Below are positions 1 through 8,507 of a stretch of DNA of 56,328 nucleotides, piece by piece (within the stretch, counting starts at the first letter, position 1; each line of letters opens with the position of its first letter). Source of the DNA: a virus (Duplodnaviria; Caudoviricetes); the IMG/VR virus record IMGVR_UViG_3300008448_000099, positions 1-56,328 of that record. One strand, written 5' to 3'. Under the pieces are notes generated by a model. It had not been told where the DNA came from, made no database searches, and worked only from the letters and a program-made list of their open reading frames with translations. A program made the position numbers and the translations under genes.

Positions 1-114
1 CCTACATCTACATCGCCATTCGCCGTGGCCCGATGAAGACTCCTACGACTGGGACGAGCGTGTTTGAGCCACTTGCAAGAAGCGGTACTGGTGCAGCAGC
101 AACGGTCACAACCA
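1..114. repeat. Terminal direct repeat, copy 1 (circular-assembly overlap)
   Basis: Bases 1-114 (cctacatcta...cacaacca) are identical to 56215-56328, and the reading frame is continuous across the join. Confidence 0.97.
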
Positions 115-986
115 CCGTTCGCCCAGATGGTGTATTGCAAAACTGGCGGTCAGGTGGTCTTGGTAGTGCTAGTCATTTTTTCTATGACCGACTTCGTGGC
201 GTTGCAAAGGCATTGTTTACAGATACAACAGACGCTGAATCCACTCAAACTGCAACAGGTATTAACGCATTTAATAATTTATCGTATGGAATTGCTGGTG
301 CAGGGTCAATGAATAACGGTAGTGCTACGTATGTTGACTATATTTTTACCCGTGCGCCTGGGTTCTTTGATGAAGTCTGCTATACGGGGAATGGAACGGC
401 AGGAACGGCAATTAGTCATAATCTTGGTGTTGTTCCTGAACTTGTAATTGTGAAAAAACGCTCATCAACAGGGCCGTGGAACACTTTGTATCAACCATCA
501 ATGAGAGTTTTGATGCTAAATGCGTCAAACGAATTCAAGTCTGCATCATTGACAAAGTTTTACTTTGGAAACGATAGTGCTGATGTATCTCCAACTTCTT
601 CTACTTTTACAGTTGCGTCCGACGCAGAAATAAACGAAAGCGGCGCAACATTTGTTTCTTATCTGTTCGCCTCCTGTTCCGGAGTCAGCAAGGTAGGTTC
701 ATACACAGGGACTGGCACAACACTACAGATCAACTGTGGGTTTACTGGTGGAGCAAGGTTTGTGCTTATTAAACGCACAGACGCTTCTGCTAGTTGGTAT
801 GTATGGGATTCGGCTCGTGGAATTGTGGCAGGTAACGACCCATACCTGCTCTTGAATAGCACCGACGCAGAAGTCACCAACACCGACTACGTTGACACTT
901 ACAGCGCCGGATTTGAGATTAGTAGTACCGCGCCAGCCGCGATTAACGCAAACGGCGGAACCTACATATTTTTGGCAATAGCCTAG
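1..986 (+). CDS. C-terminal part of the tail fibre/receptor-binding protein that starts at 54939 and crosses the junction
   Basis: ORF 33..986 is in frame with the open frame from ATG 54939 through the overlap. It has repeated 'FFD.V.YTG.G..ISHNLG.VP' units like those in the 54939 part. Confidence 0.85.
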   Translation, partial: YIYIAIRRGPMKTPTTGTSVFEPLARSGTGAAATVTTTVRPDGVLQNWRSGGLGSASHFFYDRLRGVAKALFTDTTDAESTQTATGINAFNNLSYGIAGAGSMNNGSATYVDYIFTRAPGFFDEVCYTGNGTAGTAISHNLGVVPELVIVKKRSSTGPWNTLYQPSMRVLMLNASNEFKSASLTKFYFGNDSADVSPTSSTFTVASDAEINESGATFVSYLFASCSGVSKVGSYTGTGTTLQINCGFTGGARFVLIKRTDASASWYVWDSARGIVAGNDPYLLLNSTDAEVTNTDYVDTYSAGFEISSTAPAAINANGGTYIFLAIA

Positions 987-995
987 GAGTAACAA

Positions 996-1496
996 ATGGA
1001 AATTCGTATTCGTGAAACCGGTCAAGTAATGTTCGATAGCGAATGGCGCCGGTATATGAAAGAGAAGACCGACCTGAACTTTGGCGACCTAGATGCAGCT
1101 ACGCTAGACCGGTTCGGCGCTGATGTGGTCTTTGAAGGCCCACAAGCTACCGGCGGTACGGTCTATCAGTACTCCATGCGCCAGGGCGTTGAGCAGCAGT
1201 CAGACGGCAAGTGGTACACCAAGTATGTGCTTGGCCCGATCTTCGTGAACACCGCAGAGGCTACCGCCGCCGAACAAGAAGCTGCTTATAAGGCTATGAA
1301 GGATGCGGAGCAGGCTAAGTCGGTTCGCCAGACTCGGGATGAGAAGCTGAAAAGCACAGACTGGATCGTGATCAAGCATTTAGAGCGTAATGAGAACATT
1401 CCGGGAGTTTGGGAGGTATACCGTCAGGCGCTGCGGGATGTGCCAGCTCAGGCAGGCTTTCCTTGGAATGTGCAGTGGCCGGTTCAGCCTGAGTAA
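996..1496 (+). CDS. Phage tail (fibre) assembly chaperone
   Basis: C-terminal 'VRQTRDEKLKSTDW...WEVYRQALRDVPAQAGFPWNVQWP' is typical of tail assembly chaperone domains. There is an AGGAG RBS, and the gene follows a fibre gene. Confidence 0.8.
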   Translation: MEIRIRETGQVMFDSEWRRYMKEKTDLNFGDLDAATLDRFGADVVFEGPQATGGTVYQYSMRQGVEQQSDGKWYTKYVLGPIFVNTAEATAAEQEAAYKAMKDAEQAKSVRQTRDEKLKSTDWIVIKHLERNENIPGVWEVYRQALRDVPAQAGFPWNVQWPVQPE

Positions 1497-1507
1497 GGGG
1501 GCAGATC

Positions 1508-2749
1508 ATGCCTAATTATTCTGGGGTTTGGTCGTTACCAGCGCAATATCAAGCCTACGCAACTCAAAACTGGCCGCAGGGTCCAGGCGCACCAACTAGC
1601 GTATCCGCCACCGCCGGGGATACTCAGGCGACGGTTACATTTACGGCTCCAACATTTACCGGAGTTCCTCCTGGGATTACGGGCTATCGAGTTACATCAA
1701 GCCCCGGCAACATTGTAGTAACAGGGGCATCCTCGCCAATTACGGTTACTGGACTTAGCAACGGAACCGCTTATACCTTTGCGGTGGACGCAACCAACGG
1801 GGTTCAGTACGGTCCTGCGGGGGTAAGCGGAAGCGTAACTCCAGACATTACGCCTTATGGATTATTTGCTGGCGGAAGAAATGACGCTGGCGATACATTA
1901 AACGTCATTGATTACATAATTATCTCAACGACTGGAAACGCAACAGACTTTGGCGATCTAACTGTTGGTATGTATGAAGTATCAGGATGTGCATCAACCA
2001 CTAGAGGAGTATTTGGGGGTGGTTATGATGGCGCTGCAAGAACTAATGTAATTCAATATGTCACCATTGCATCCGCAGGCAACTCCACTGATTTTGGCGA
2101 TCTAACAGACAAAAGGGGTGGTGCTGGTTCATGTAATTCAACAACTAGGGGATTGTTTGGAGGCGGGTTTAGCCAAACAAGTAGCGCAGCAGTTAATATT
2201 ATTGATTACATAACCATTGCCTCTGTTGGTGACGCCACAGACTTTGGAGACTTAATAGTCTCTAAATACAATATTGCCGGATGTTCATCTTCGGTTACTG
2301 GCGTGTTTGCTGGCGGAACCTTTCCAGCAGTAAATGTCATTCAATATGTAACAATAGCATCTACTGGAGATGCTACCGATTTTGGGGATTTATTATCATC
2401 TCTAGGTGGTCTAGCAGGATGTTCGTCATCAACTCGAGGCGTTTTTGCTGGAGGTCAAGGACCATCTCCTTCGTTTACCATTACAAACGTCATTCAATAC
2501 ATCACGATTGCATCGACCGGAAATTCAACAGATTTTGGTGATTTGACGATTGCAGGCTATTTAGGAGCAGGTTGCTCTTCAACTGTTCGCGGAGCGTTTG
2601 CTATTGGCGCAGATAGTGGCGGATCAATGTCAAACGTCATTAATTACATCACGATTGCGTCCACAGGAAACGCTACGGATTTTGGTGATTTAACCACTAG
2701 AAGATTCTATCTTGCGGCCTGCTCAAACACTAACGGGGGAGTTCAATAA
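1508..2749 (+). CDS. Virion protein with an FN3-like domain and a kelch-like beta-propeller repeat region
   Basis: 'APTSVSATAG..ATVTFTAP...ITVTGLSNGTAYTFAV' is FN3-like, followed by six ~50-aa repeats 'NVIQYVTIASTGNATDFGDL...CSS.TRG.F.GG'. Confidence 0.75.
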   Translation: MPNYSGVWSLPAQYQAYATQNWPQGPGAPTSVSATAGDTQATVTFTAPTFTGVPPGITGYRVTSSPGNIVVTGASSPITVTGLSNGTAYTFAVDATNGVQYGPAGVSGSVTPDITPYGLFAGGRNDAGDTLNVIDYIIISTTGNATDFGDLTVGMYEVSGCASTTRGVFGGGYDGAARTNVIQYVTIASAGNSTDFGDLTDKRGGAGSCNSTTRGLFGGGFSQTSSAAVNIIDYITIASVGDATDFGDLIVSKYNIAGCSSSVTGVFAGGTFPAVNVIQYVTIASTGDATDFGDLLSSLGGLAGCSSSTRGVFAGGQGPSPSFTITNVIQYITIASTGNSTDFGDLTIAGYLGAGCSSTVRGAFAIGADSGGSMSNVINYITIASTGNATDFGDLTTRRFYLAACSNTNGGVQ

Positions 2750-4653
2750 TGGCTCAAAAAGATTGGCCTGGTGGCTACATACGACCCGTTCCCGTAGACC
2801 CCGCTGGCCCCTATCAAGACGGAGCAGCTCCCGGTGTATGGACACTAGACCAAGTAGCGTATTGGCTGAAGCAGGGGCTGTGGCCGATTGCAGGAAATGC
2901 TACGCCGATTGGGTTGTTTGGTGGCGGATCAACAGGAACAGCAACAAATACAATAGATAAGATAGTTATTACTTCAGTTGGAAACGCCACAGATTATGGA
3001 GATTTGAATGGAGCTAGAGACAGATTAGCAAGTTGCTCCTCGTCCACTCGTGCGGTTTGGGGGGCAGGAATTAGTGGTGCCGGAACTAGACAAAACAATA
3101 TGTCTTATTCTGCATTTGCAACGCTTGGAAACACTTCACTTTTTGGAAATTTAAGTCAATCAAAATACAGTTTAACTGCCGCATCGAATGCAATTAGGGG
3201 GGTGTTTGCTGGTGGTTTTACAACAGTTGTTTTAAACGTTATTGACTATATCACCATCCCATCCACAGGCAATGCAATTGATTTTGGGGATTTATTAGCT
3301 GCTAATTATGTTTTGGCGGGTGCGTCATCATCAACTAGGGCATTGTTTGCCGGCGGATACACCACGGTATTCACTAACGTTATTCAATACATTACGATTG
3401 CCTCGACCGGAAACGCAATTGATTTTGGTGATTTAGCGGTAAGTCCAAATAGTGCTACTGGCCAAGGTGTGGCGTCAGAAACCAGAGCCGTTTTTGCAAG
3501 TAGTGCTGCTGGTGGCGATAACACAATGCAGTATGTCACCATAGCTACCACAGGAAATTCAACTGATTTTGGTGACTTAATTGAGCCTGTAGAGGCTATG
3601 GCTGCCTGTGCGTCATCCACTCGTGGCGTATTCGCAGGGGGATATTCAGCAAACACTTCTGCTGTCACCAATGTAATTCAGTACATCACCATTGCATCTT
3701 TAGGTAACGCTACGGATTTTGGTGATTTGACGGTAGCTCGATCTGGACTTGCTGGATGTTCATCTGGGGCTGACGCAGTTCAATCCACGCCAACGAGTTC
3801 TGGAATGATGTTGCTATTTGGTGGAAACACAAGTGCAGGAGGCGCTCAGGCATCAATCCAATATATTAACATTGCGACAACTGGTAATTCCCCAATGTTT
3901 GGCCAGTGCTTGTTTGCAAGGGATCGGTCTGGAGGATTGGCATCAAGCACTCGCGGAGTGGTTGCAGGAGGAAACTCTCCCAACACCAATGTTATTGAGT
4001 ACATAGAGTTTTCAACCTTTGGTTTGACCACAGACTTTGGCGACCTAACGACCATTACAAGCCAGAATGCAGGTTGTGGCTCATCTACCCGCGGTGTTTT
4101 TGCTGGCGGTCTTGCGGTAAGCAATGTAATCCAATATGTCACAATTGCAAGCGCCGGAAACGCTACGGACTTTGGTGATCTTACGGTTGCACGAACCGAG
4201 CTTGCATCGTGTTCATCACCTACAGTTGGGGTTTGGGGGGGTGGATTTACCACAGTTAGGGTCAACACAATTGACTATGTGACAATTGCTTCGACCGGCA
4301 ATGCAACCGATTTTGGCGATCTTACGGCAAACACAAATGAACTTGCGGCCTGTTCATCTGCAACAAGAGGTCTGTTTGCTGGCGGATCAACAGGAACAGC
4401 ACAAAACGTAATTAGTTACATAACCATTGCTTCTGCTAGCGACTCCACAGATTTTGGAGACTTAACGTTAGCAAGAAGGCAGGTAACCGGTTCCTCCTCA
4501 TCAACAAGGGGGGTCTTTGCCGCAGGTCTTGGTCGCTCTAATGTCATTGACTATGTGACCATCGCATCGACCGGAGACGCTGTTGACTTTGGTGATATGG
4601 CAACGGAAACCACAGGCGTTGCAAGCTGTTCAAACGCTAATGGTGGTCTATAA
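2749..4653 (+). CDS. Virion protein with two tandem kelch-like beta-propeller repeat blocks
   Basis: About 12 copies of the same 'TIASTGNATDFGDL' repeat. Coupled to the previous gene by TAATG. Confidence 0.75.
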   Translation: MAQKDWPGGYIRPVPVDPAGPYQDGAAPGVWTLDQVAYWLKQGLWPIAGNATPIGLFGGGSTGTATNTIDKIVITSVGNATDYGDLNGARDRLASCSSSTRAVWGAGISGAGTRQNNMSYSAFATLGNTSLFGNLSQSKYSLTAASNAIRGVFAGGFTTVVLNVIDYITIPSTGNAIDFGDLLAANYVLAGASSSTRALFAGGYTTVFTNVIQYITIASTGNAIDFGDLAVSPNSATGQGVASETRAVFASSAAGGDNTMQYVTIATTGNSTDFGDLIEPVEAMAACASSTRGVFAGGYSANTSAVTNVIQYITIASLGNATDFGDLTVARSGLAGCSSGADAVQSTPTSSGMMLLFGGNTSAGGAQASIQYINIATTGNSPMFGQCLFARDRSGGLASSTRGVVAGGNSPNTNVIEYIEFSTFGLTTDFGDLTTITSQNAGCGSSTRGVFAGGLAVSNVIQYVTIASAGNATDFGDLTVARTELASCSSPTVGVWGGGFTTVRVNTIDYVTIASTGNATDFGDLTANTNELAACSSATRGLFAGGSTGTAQNVISYITIASASDSTDFGDLTLARRQVTGSSSSTRGVFAAGLGRSNVIDYVTIASTGDAVDFGDMATETTGVASCSNANGGL

Positions 4654-4681
4654 AAATTCAAACTATAAAAGGAGATTTACA

Positions 4682-5536
4682 TTGTCTAACGATCTAATCC
4701 TCAGCAATATGCAGTCTGCTCTAGTCGTCAAAAAACCAGAGTACAACCTGATGCTTAAAAACATTCAGGATCGGTTGCCTGCCGTTCAGCAGGACACTAG
4801 CAACTTCCATAAGTCCCATAGCCAGTTCATGCAGGTGACTTTGGATGTGACCGCTATCACCCCGATCCGTTCGATCAAGCACACCTTGGCTGAGATTGAC
4901 CGTACCCGCTCCGCGCTTCAGGAAGCCTATATCAATATGCGTAAGAAGCAGGTTGAGCTGAAGAAGAAAAAGGACGCCTTGGAGAACCCCAAGGAACCCT
5001 TGGATGCGTTTGACAAAGAACTTCTTGAGATTGAGATTCTTGAGCTTGAGGGCCATCTAGAAGGCACCCAGAACCATGTCAACGGTGCGCTCCGTAAGAT
5101 GAATTTCATGGTCAACCAGCACAAGCAACTGCTTGAAAAGGTCGGCAAGAATGAGATTACGGAAGAGGACTATGAGAAGGAAGAAGCCCGCTACCACATT
5201 ATGACCTGTATGAAGCAGGCTTTAAATGCGGCTCGATCCCGTAACGGCATGATTGATGAGGGCAACCTGATCTATCTGTTCGATCTTGGCATCAATGCGG
5301 CCCAGGCACAGGCAGAGGTATTTGCCTACCTGAACATGGAGAATCAACTGATCTCCCAAGGGCAGGCGCCCACCCATGAGATGACCATGCGCTGGCTTGA
5401 GGCTTGCGCTGACAAGTGGGAAAAAGACCCTGAGCAGTTTGCTAAGCGTCGCGGATTCTCCATCTTTGATCGGTCAAGCCTGACCAACACGCCTCTCTTG
5501 GAGGAAGCTCCTCCGCCTGAGGAAAAGGCTGCCTGA
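4682..5536 (+). CDS. Coiled-coil hypothetical protein (possible fibre chaperone)
   Basis: AGGAG RBS precedes TTG at 4682, in frame with the listed ORF. The sequence is E/K-rich and helical. Confidence 0.6.
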   Translation: MSNDLILSNMQSALVVKKPEYNLMLKNIQDRLPAVQQDTSNFHKSHSQFMQVTLDVTAITPIRSIKHTLAEIDRTRSALQEAYINMRKKQVELKKKKDALENPKEPLDAFDKELLEIEILELEGHLEGTQNHVNGALRKMNFMVNQHKQLLEKVGKNEITEEDYEKEEARYHIMTCMKQALNAARSRNGMIDEGNLIYLFDLGINAAQAQAEVFAYLNMENQLISQGQAPTHEMTMRWLEACADKWEKDPEQFAKRRGFSIFDRSSLTNTPLLEEAPPPEEKAA

Positions 5537-6270
5537 TGCACCTAGTCATCGGAACACCTGCTTATGGGGGTCAAATGTGTACTGAATACGTTCAGTCGCT
5601 ACTAGCTCTCAAGGAGGCTTGCCTGCAATACGGCATCAGGATGACCTGTATTTTCCTTGGTAATGAGTCCCTGATTCAGCGCGGGCGCAACACTATCGCC
5701 CATCACTTCCTACAGATGGAAGACGCTACCCACCTGATGTTTATTGACGCCGATCAGAAGTTTGTGGCTAACGACATAGCCAAAATGATCAAGGCAGACA
5801 AGGGCATTATCGGCGGGGCGGTTCCTATGAAGGGAATCAATTGGAACAAGGTTCGTCAGGGAGCAGTACTGAACCATCCTGACCTAAGCCGCCTGACGGG
5901 GGTTTTTAACATCAACAAACTTGATGGCCATGAGATGACCAATCCCAATGAGCCGTTTCAGGTCAAGCACGTTGGTACCGGGTTTATGCTGATCCGCAGG
6001 GATGTCTTTGAAGACTTAAAGCCTCATGTCGGCTGGTATCAGAACGGCGGGGTCACAATCAATCCTGAAGACAAGGTTTATGACTTCTTCAAAGTTCAGA
6101 ATGTTGACCACCATCTACTGTCTGAAGACTACAATTTTTGTCATATCTACCGTGAGCATGGTGGCACGGTATGGGTTGCTCCGTGGTGTGAGTTAGGTCA
6201 CTTTGGGGCTTATCTATTTAACGGGCAGTACGCCCAGCAAGGAGCTTTAGATGGCACATCATTGCATTAA
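5536..6270 (+). CDS. GT-A fold glycosyltransferase-like protein
   Basis: Motifs 'IGTPAY', 'NESLIQRGRN', 'LMFIDAD' (DxD), 'GTGFMLIRRDVF', 'LSEDYNFC' and 'H.G'. Confidence 0.75.
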   Translation: MHLVIGTPAYGGQMCTEYVQSLLALKEACLQYGIRMTCIFLGNESLIQRGRNTIAHHFLQMEDATHLMFIDADQKFVANDIAKMIKADKGIIGGAVPMKGINWNKVRQGAVLNHPDLSRLTGVFNINKLDGHEMTNPNEPFQVKHVGTGFMLIRRDVFEDLKPHVGWYQNGGVTINPEDKVYDFFKVQNVDHHLLSEDYNFCHIYREHGGTVWVAPWCELGHFGAYLFNGQYAQQGALDGTSLH

Positions 6271-6595
6271 ATATCGTTTAAACGCTGACGGCACAATCCC
6301 GTCATTCCTTTGTCTCCACCCTGAGGGTGTGGGTGGCGTGTTTGTGGTCGGTGACCCTGCTACCCCTACCCCCCGTGACATGGTCATGATTGGCCTGTCT
6401 GAGGACGACAACACGGGTGACGCTGATGTCATTGCAACCCAAGCAGACCTTCAAACATATCTGGCCAATGTTGGCGCTAACTGGACACAGCCTGATCCGG
6501 CCAAGCCTAACGACCTTACGGCAACCATTCCATTTAATCCTGCCGAAGCCGCAGCCTGGGTATGGGCTCGCAAGGACGCATTGAACGGGGTCTAA
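6251..6595 (+). CDS. Hypothetical protein
   Basis: AAGGAG RBS upstream, in the operon. Confidence 0.65.
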   Translation: MAHHCIKYRLNADGTIPSFLCLHPEGVGGVFVVGDPATPTPRDMVMIGLSEDDNTGDADVIATQADLQTYLANVGANWTQPDPAKPNDLTATIPFNPAEAAAWVWARKDALNGV

Positions 6596-6599
6596 GTGA

Positions 6600-6866
6600 A
6601 TGGAATGGCAGACGGTCATCAATATTGGCGGTGGTTCGCTATTGGCTGCCCTTGGGTGGTTTGCTAGAGAGATCTGGGACGCCGTGAAAGAACTTCGTCG
6701 AGATATTCACCGTCTTGAGAGAGACTTGCCTGAGGTTTATGCCCGTAAAGATGAGATGCGCGAGTCTTTCAAGGATGTCAAAACCGATATGAATCATGGG
6801 TTTCACAAGATAGAAACCATGATTGGTCAGTTGTTTGACAGGCTAAACGGGAAAGTAGACAAATAA
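6600..6866 (+). CDS. Small membrane protein with N-terminal TM and coiled coil (lysis cassette, holin/antiholin-like)
   Basis: Hydrophobic 'INIGGGSLLAALGWFA' followed by a charged helix. Lies upstream of the endolysin. Confidence 0.55.
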   Translation: MEWQTVINIGGGSLLAALGWFAREIWDAVKELRRDIHRLERDLPEVYARKDEMRESFKDVKTDMNHGFHKIETMIGQLFDRLNGKVDK

Positions 6867-6943
6867 TGGGCTTTTGGACGTTTGTTTTCTTGGGCGTCCT
6901 GATACTGATGATTGCATTAGCCGCATTCATATGGGGGTTGTGA
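6866..6943 (+). CDS. 25-aa single-TM micropeptide MGFWTFVFLGVLILMIALAAFIWGL (not in ORF track)
   Basis: Translationally coupled on both sides (TAATG at 6864-6868, TGATG at 6941-6945) and exactly fills the gap. Confidence 0.65.
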   Translation: MGFWTFVFLGVLILMIALAAFIWGL

Positions 6944-7281
6944 TGGAAAAAAGCGCAAAAGAACTAGCAAGTAAGGTCATTGGGGTTATTGGTATCCCGG
7001 CAATCGTTCTCATGGTCGGCATGGTGATCTATTCAGCGATGAAGCTCACTTCCGAAGCCCTAACCCCGATCGTTGGTATGGCTTCAGGTGTCATCATGGC
7101 TCTAATTTCGATGATTGCAGGCATTACCGGCACCAAAGACAAGGAAGAGAAGCCTGAATTCCAAGTAATTAAAGACCTCATTCAGCGCCTAGACCAAAAA
7201 GAGGCCCCAATGCGGGTCGATGTTGAGAATGGCCGCGTAACCGTCCATAAGGGCGATGACACCGTAATCACAAGGGGCTGA
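6943..7281 (+). CDS. Two-TM membrane protein (lysis cassette)
   Basis: Two hydrophobic helices. The start is more likely ATG 6943 than TTG 6874. Confidence 0.6.
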   Translation: MEKSAKELASKVIGVIGIPAIVLMVGMVIYSAMKLTSEALTPIVGMASGVIMALISMIAGITGTKDKEEKPEFQVIKDLIQRLDQKEAPMRVDVENGRVTVHKGDDTVITRG

Positions 7282-7282
7282 C

Positions 7283-7768
7283 ATGATCACCTTACTTTCC
7301 ACCCTAGTGTCGTTTTTGGCTGGCGGTCTTCCCAAAATCCTCAATTTCATGCAGGATCGGTCAGATAAGGCGCATGAGATGTCCTTGGCTCAACTCCAAC
7401 TAGAGCGGGAACTAAAGCTCTTGGAGGCCGGATACGCCGCTCAGATGCGGATGGAAGAGATTCGTACCGATCAGATAGCCATGCAGACCGCGGTTCAGGA
7501 GCGGGAAGCCCTGTACGCCCACGATGTGGCCATTGGTCAAGGAGCCTCTCAACTAATCATCAACCTTCGAGCATCGGTGCGTCCGGTCATCACCTACGGA
7601 ATGTTCCTGATGTTGGTGGCGGTCAATGTTTTTGGTGCCTACTATGCCTGGTACATGGGAGTGCCCTTTGATCAGGCTTTGGACATCCTGTGGGATGAGG
7701 ATTCAGCCATAGTCTTTTCATCAATCATTGCTTTCTGGTTTGGGACGCAGGCTTTTGGGAAGCGATGA
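7283..7768 (+). CDS. Putative holin
   Basis: N-terminal hydrophobic segment, a coiled coil, then 'LRASVRPVITY' + TM ... 'IIAFWFG' and a basic C-terminus. Overlaps the endolysin start. Confidence 0.65.
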   Translation: MITLLSTLVSFLAGGLPKILNFMQDRSDKAHEMSLAQLQLERELKLLEAGYAAQMRMEEIRTDQIAMQTAVQEREALYAHDVAIGQGASQLIINLRASVRPVITYGMFLMLVAVNVFGAYYAWYMGVPFDQALDILWDEDSAIVFSSIIAFWFGTQAFGKR

Positions 7769-8253
7769 AAACCTCAGCCAAGGCGATCGAAATGATCAAG
7801 CACCATGAGGGGGTCAGATTTCGCCCCTACAGGTGCCCTGCCTTGCTTTGGACAACGGCTGTCGGCCATGTAATTGACCCCTCGCATATTGGAGTCAAAC
7901 TTGAAGACCGTAAAAACCTACCCATCCCGCCGGGTTGGGATCGAACCCTCACTATGGATGAGGTTGACCAGATTCTTGCTCAGGATTTGGCGAGGTTTGA
8001 GGCAGGGGTACTCCGACTATGTCCTTCTGGGCTTAATCAGTCTAGGTTTGATGCACTCGTTAGCGCGAGTTTCAACTTTGGTCTAGGTAACCTTCAAAGA
8101 AGTTCGATTCGGATGCGTCACAACAGGGGTCAGTTTCAGGATGCCGCAGACGCATTTATGATGTGGACTAAGGCCGGCGGGAAAGAATTGCCGGGTTTGG
8201 TGCGCCGCCGAAAGGATGAGCGGGCACTCTATTTAAGCGGAGGTGCGACATGA
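7765..8253 (+). CDS. Endolysin, GH24 (T4/P1 Lyz-type) muramidase
   Basis: Catalytic E-x8-C-x5-T ('HEGVRFRPYRCPALLWT'), plus 'FDALVS..FN.G' and 'GLVRRR..E'. No SAR or signal sequence. Confidence 0.92.
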   Translation: MKTSAKAIEMIKHHEGVRFRPYRCPALLWTTAVGHVIDPSHIGVKLEDRKNLPIPPGWDRTLTMDEVDQILAQDLARFEAGVLRLCPSGLNQSRFDALVSASFNFGLGNLQRSSIRMRHNRGQFQDAADAFMMWTKAGGKELPGLVRRRKDERALYLSGGAT

Positions 8254-8330
8254 AAAAGATCGTAGCCAAGATTAAAGAGTTTTTTGCCTCTTTGAAGGCC
8301 AAAATTCAATCGTTGTTTAAAAAAAAATAG
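8250..8330 (+). CDS. 26-aa cationic amphipathic peptide MKKIVAKIKEFFASLKAKIQSLFKKK (not in ORF track)
   Basis: GGAGG RBS at 8239-8243, ATGA overlap with the endolysin stop, TAG at 8328-8330. Confidence 0.75.
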   Translation: MKKIVAKIKEFFASLKAKIQSLFKKK

Positions 8331-8339
8331 GAGGCTCAG

Positions 8340-8507
8340 ATGGCAGAAGTATGGGAAAAAGACCGGCCAAAAAGCCTAGGAAAGCCCAAGTCGCTAAGCC
8401 CAAACCAAAAACGGGCAGCAAAAGCGTTTGCAAAAAAGACAGGGACTAAGTACCCATCCTTGGTGGCTAATATGGCTGGAGCCAAGGCTAAGAAAGGGAA
8501 GTGGTAA
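8340..8507 (+). CDS. 55-aa Lys-rich small protein (not in ORF track)
   Basis: GGAGG RBS. Translates as MAEVWEKDRPKSLGKPKSLSPNQKRAAKAFAKKTGTKYPSLVANMAGAKAKKGKW, with TAATG coupling to the next gene. Confidence 0.75.
   Translation: MAEVWEKDRPKSLGKPKSLSPNQKRAAKAFAKKTGTKYPSLVANMAGAKAKKGKW

Noticed and set aside
1-114. Biological terminal repeat or att site
   Set aside because: It falls mid-gene with a continuous frame, which is typical of an assembler overlap, and no integrase is present.
1850-4650. Many near-repeats (e.g. ggcggatcaacaggaacagca at about 2923 and 4381) suggesting a CRISPR array or a DGR template/variable pair
   Set aside because: They are degenerate in-frame protein repeats. 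There is no constant repeat with unique spacers, no evident adenine-specific mismatch pattern and no reverse transcriptase.
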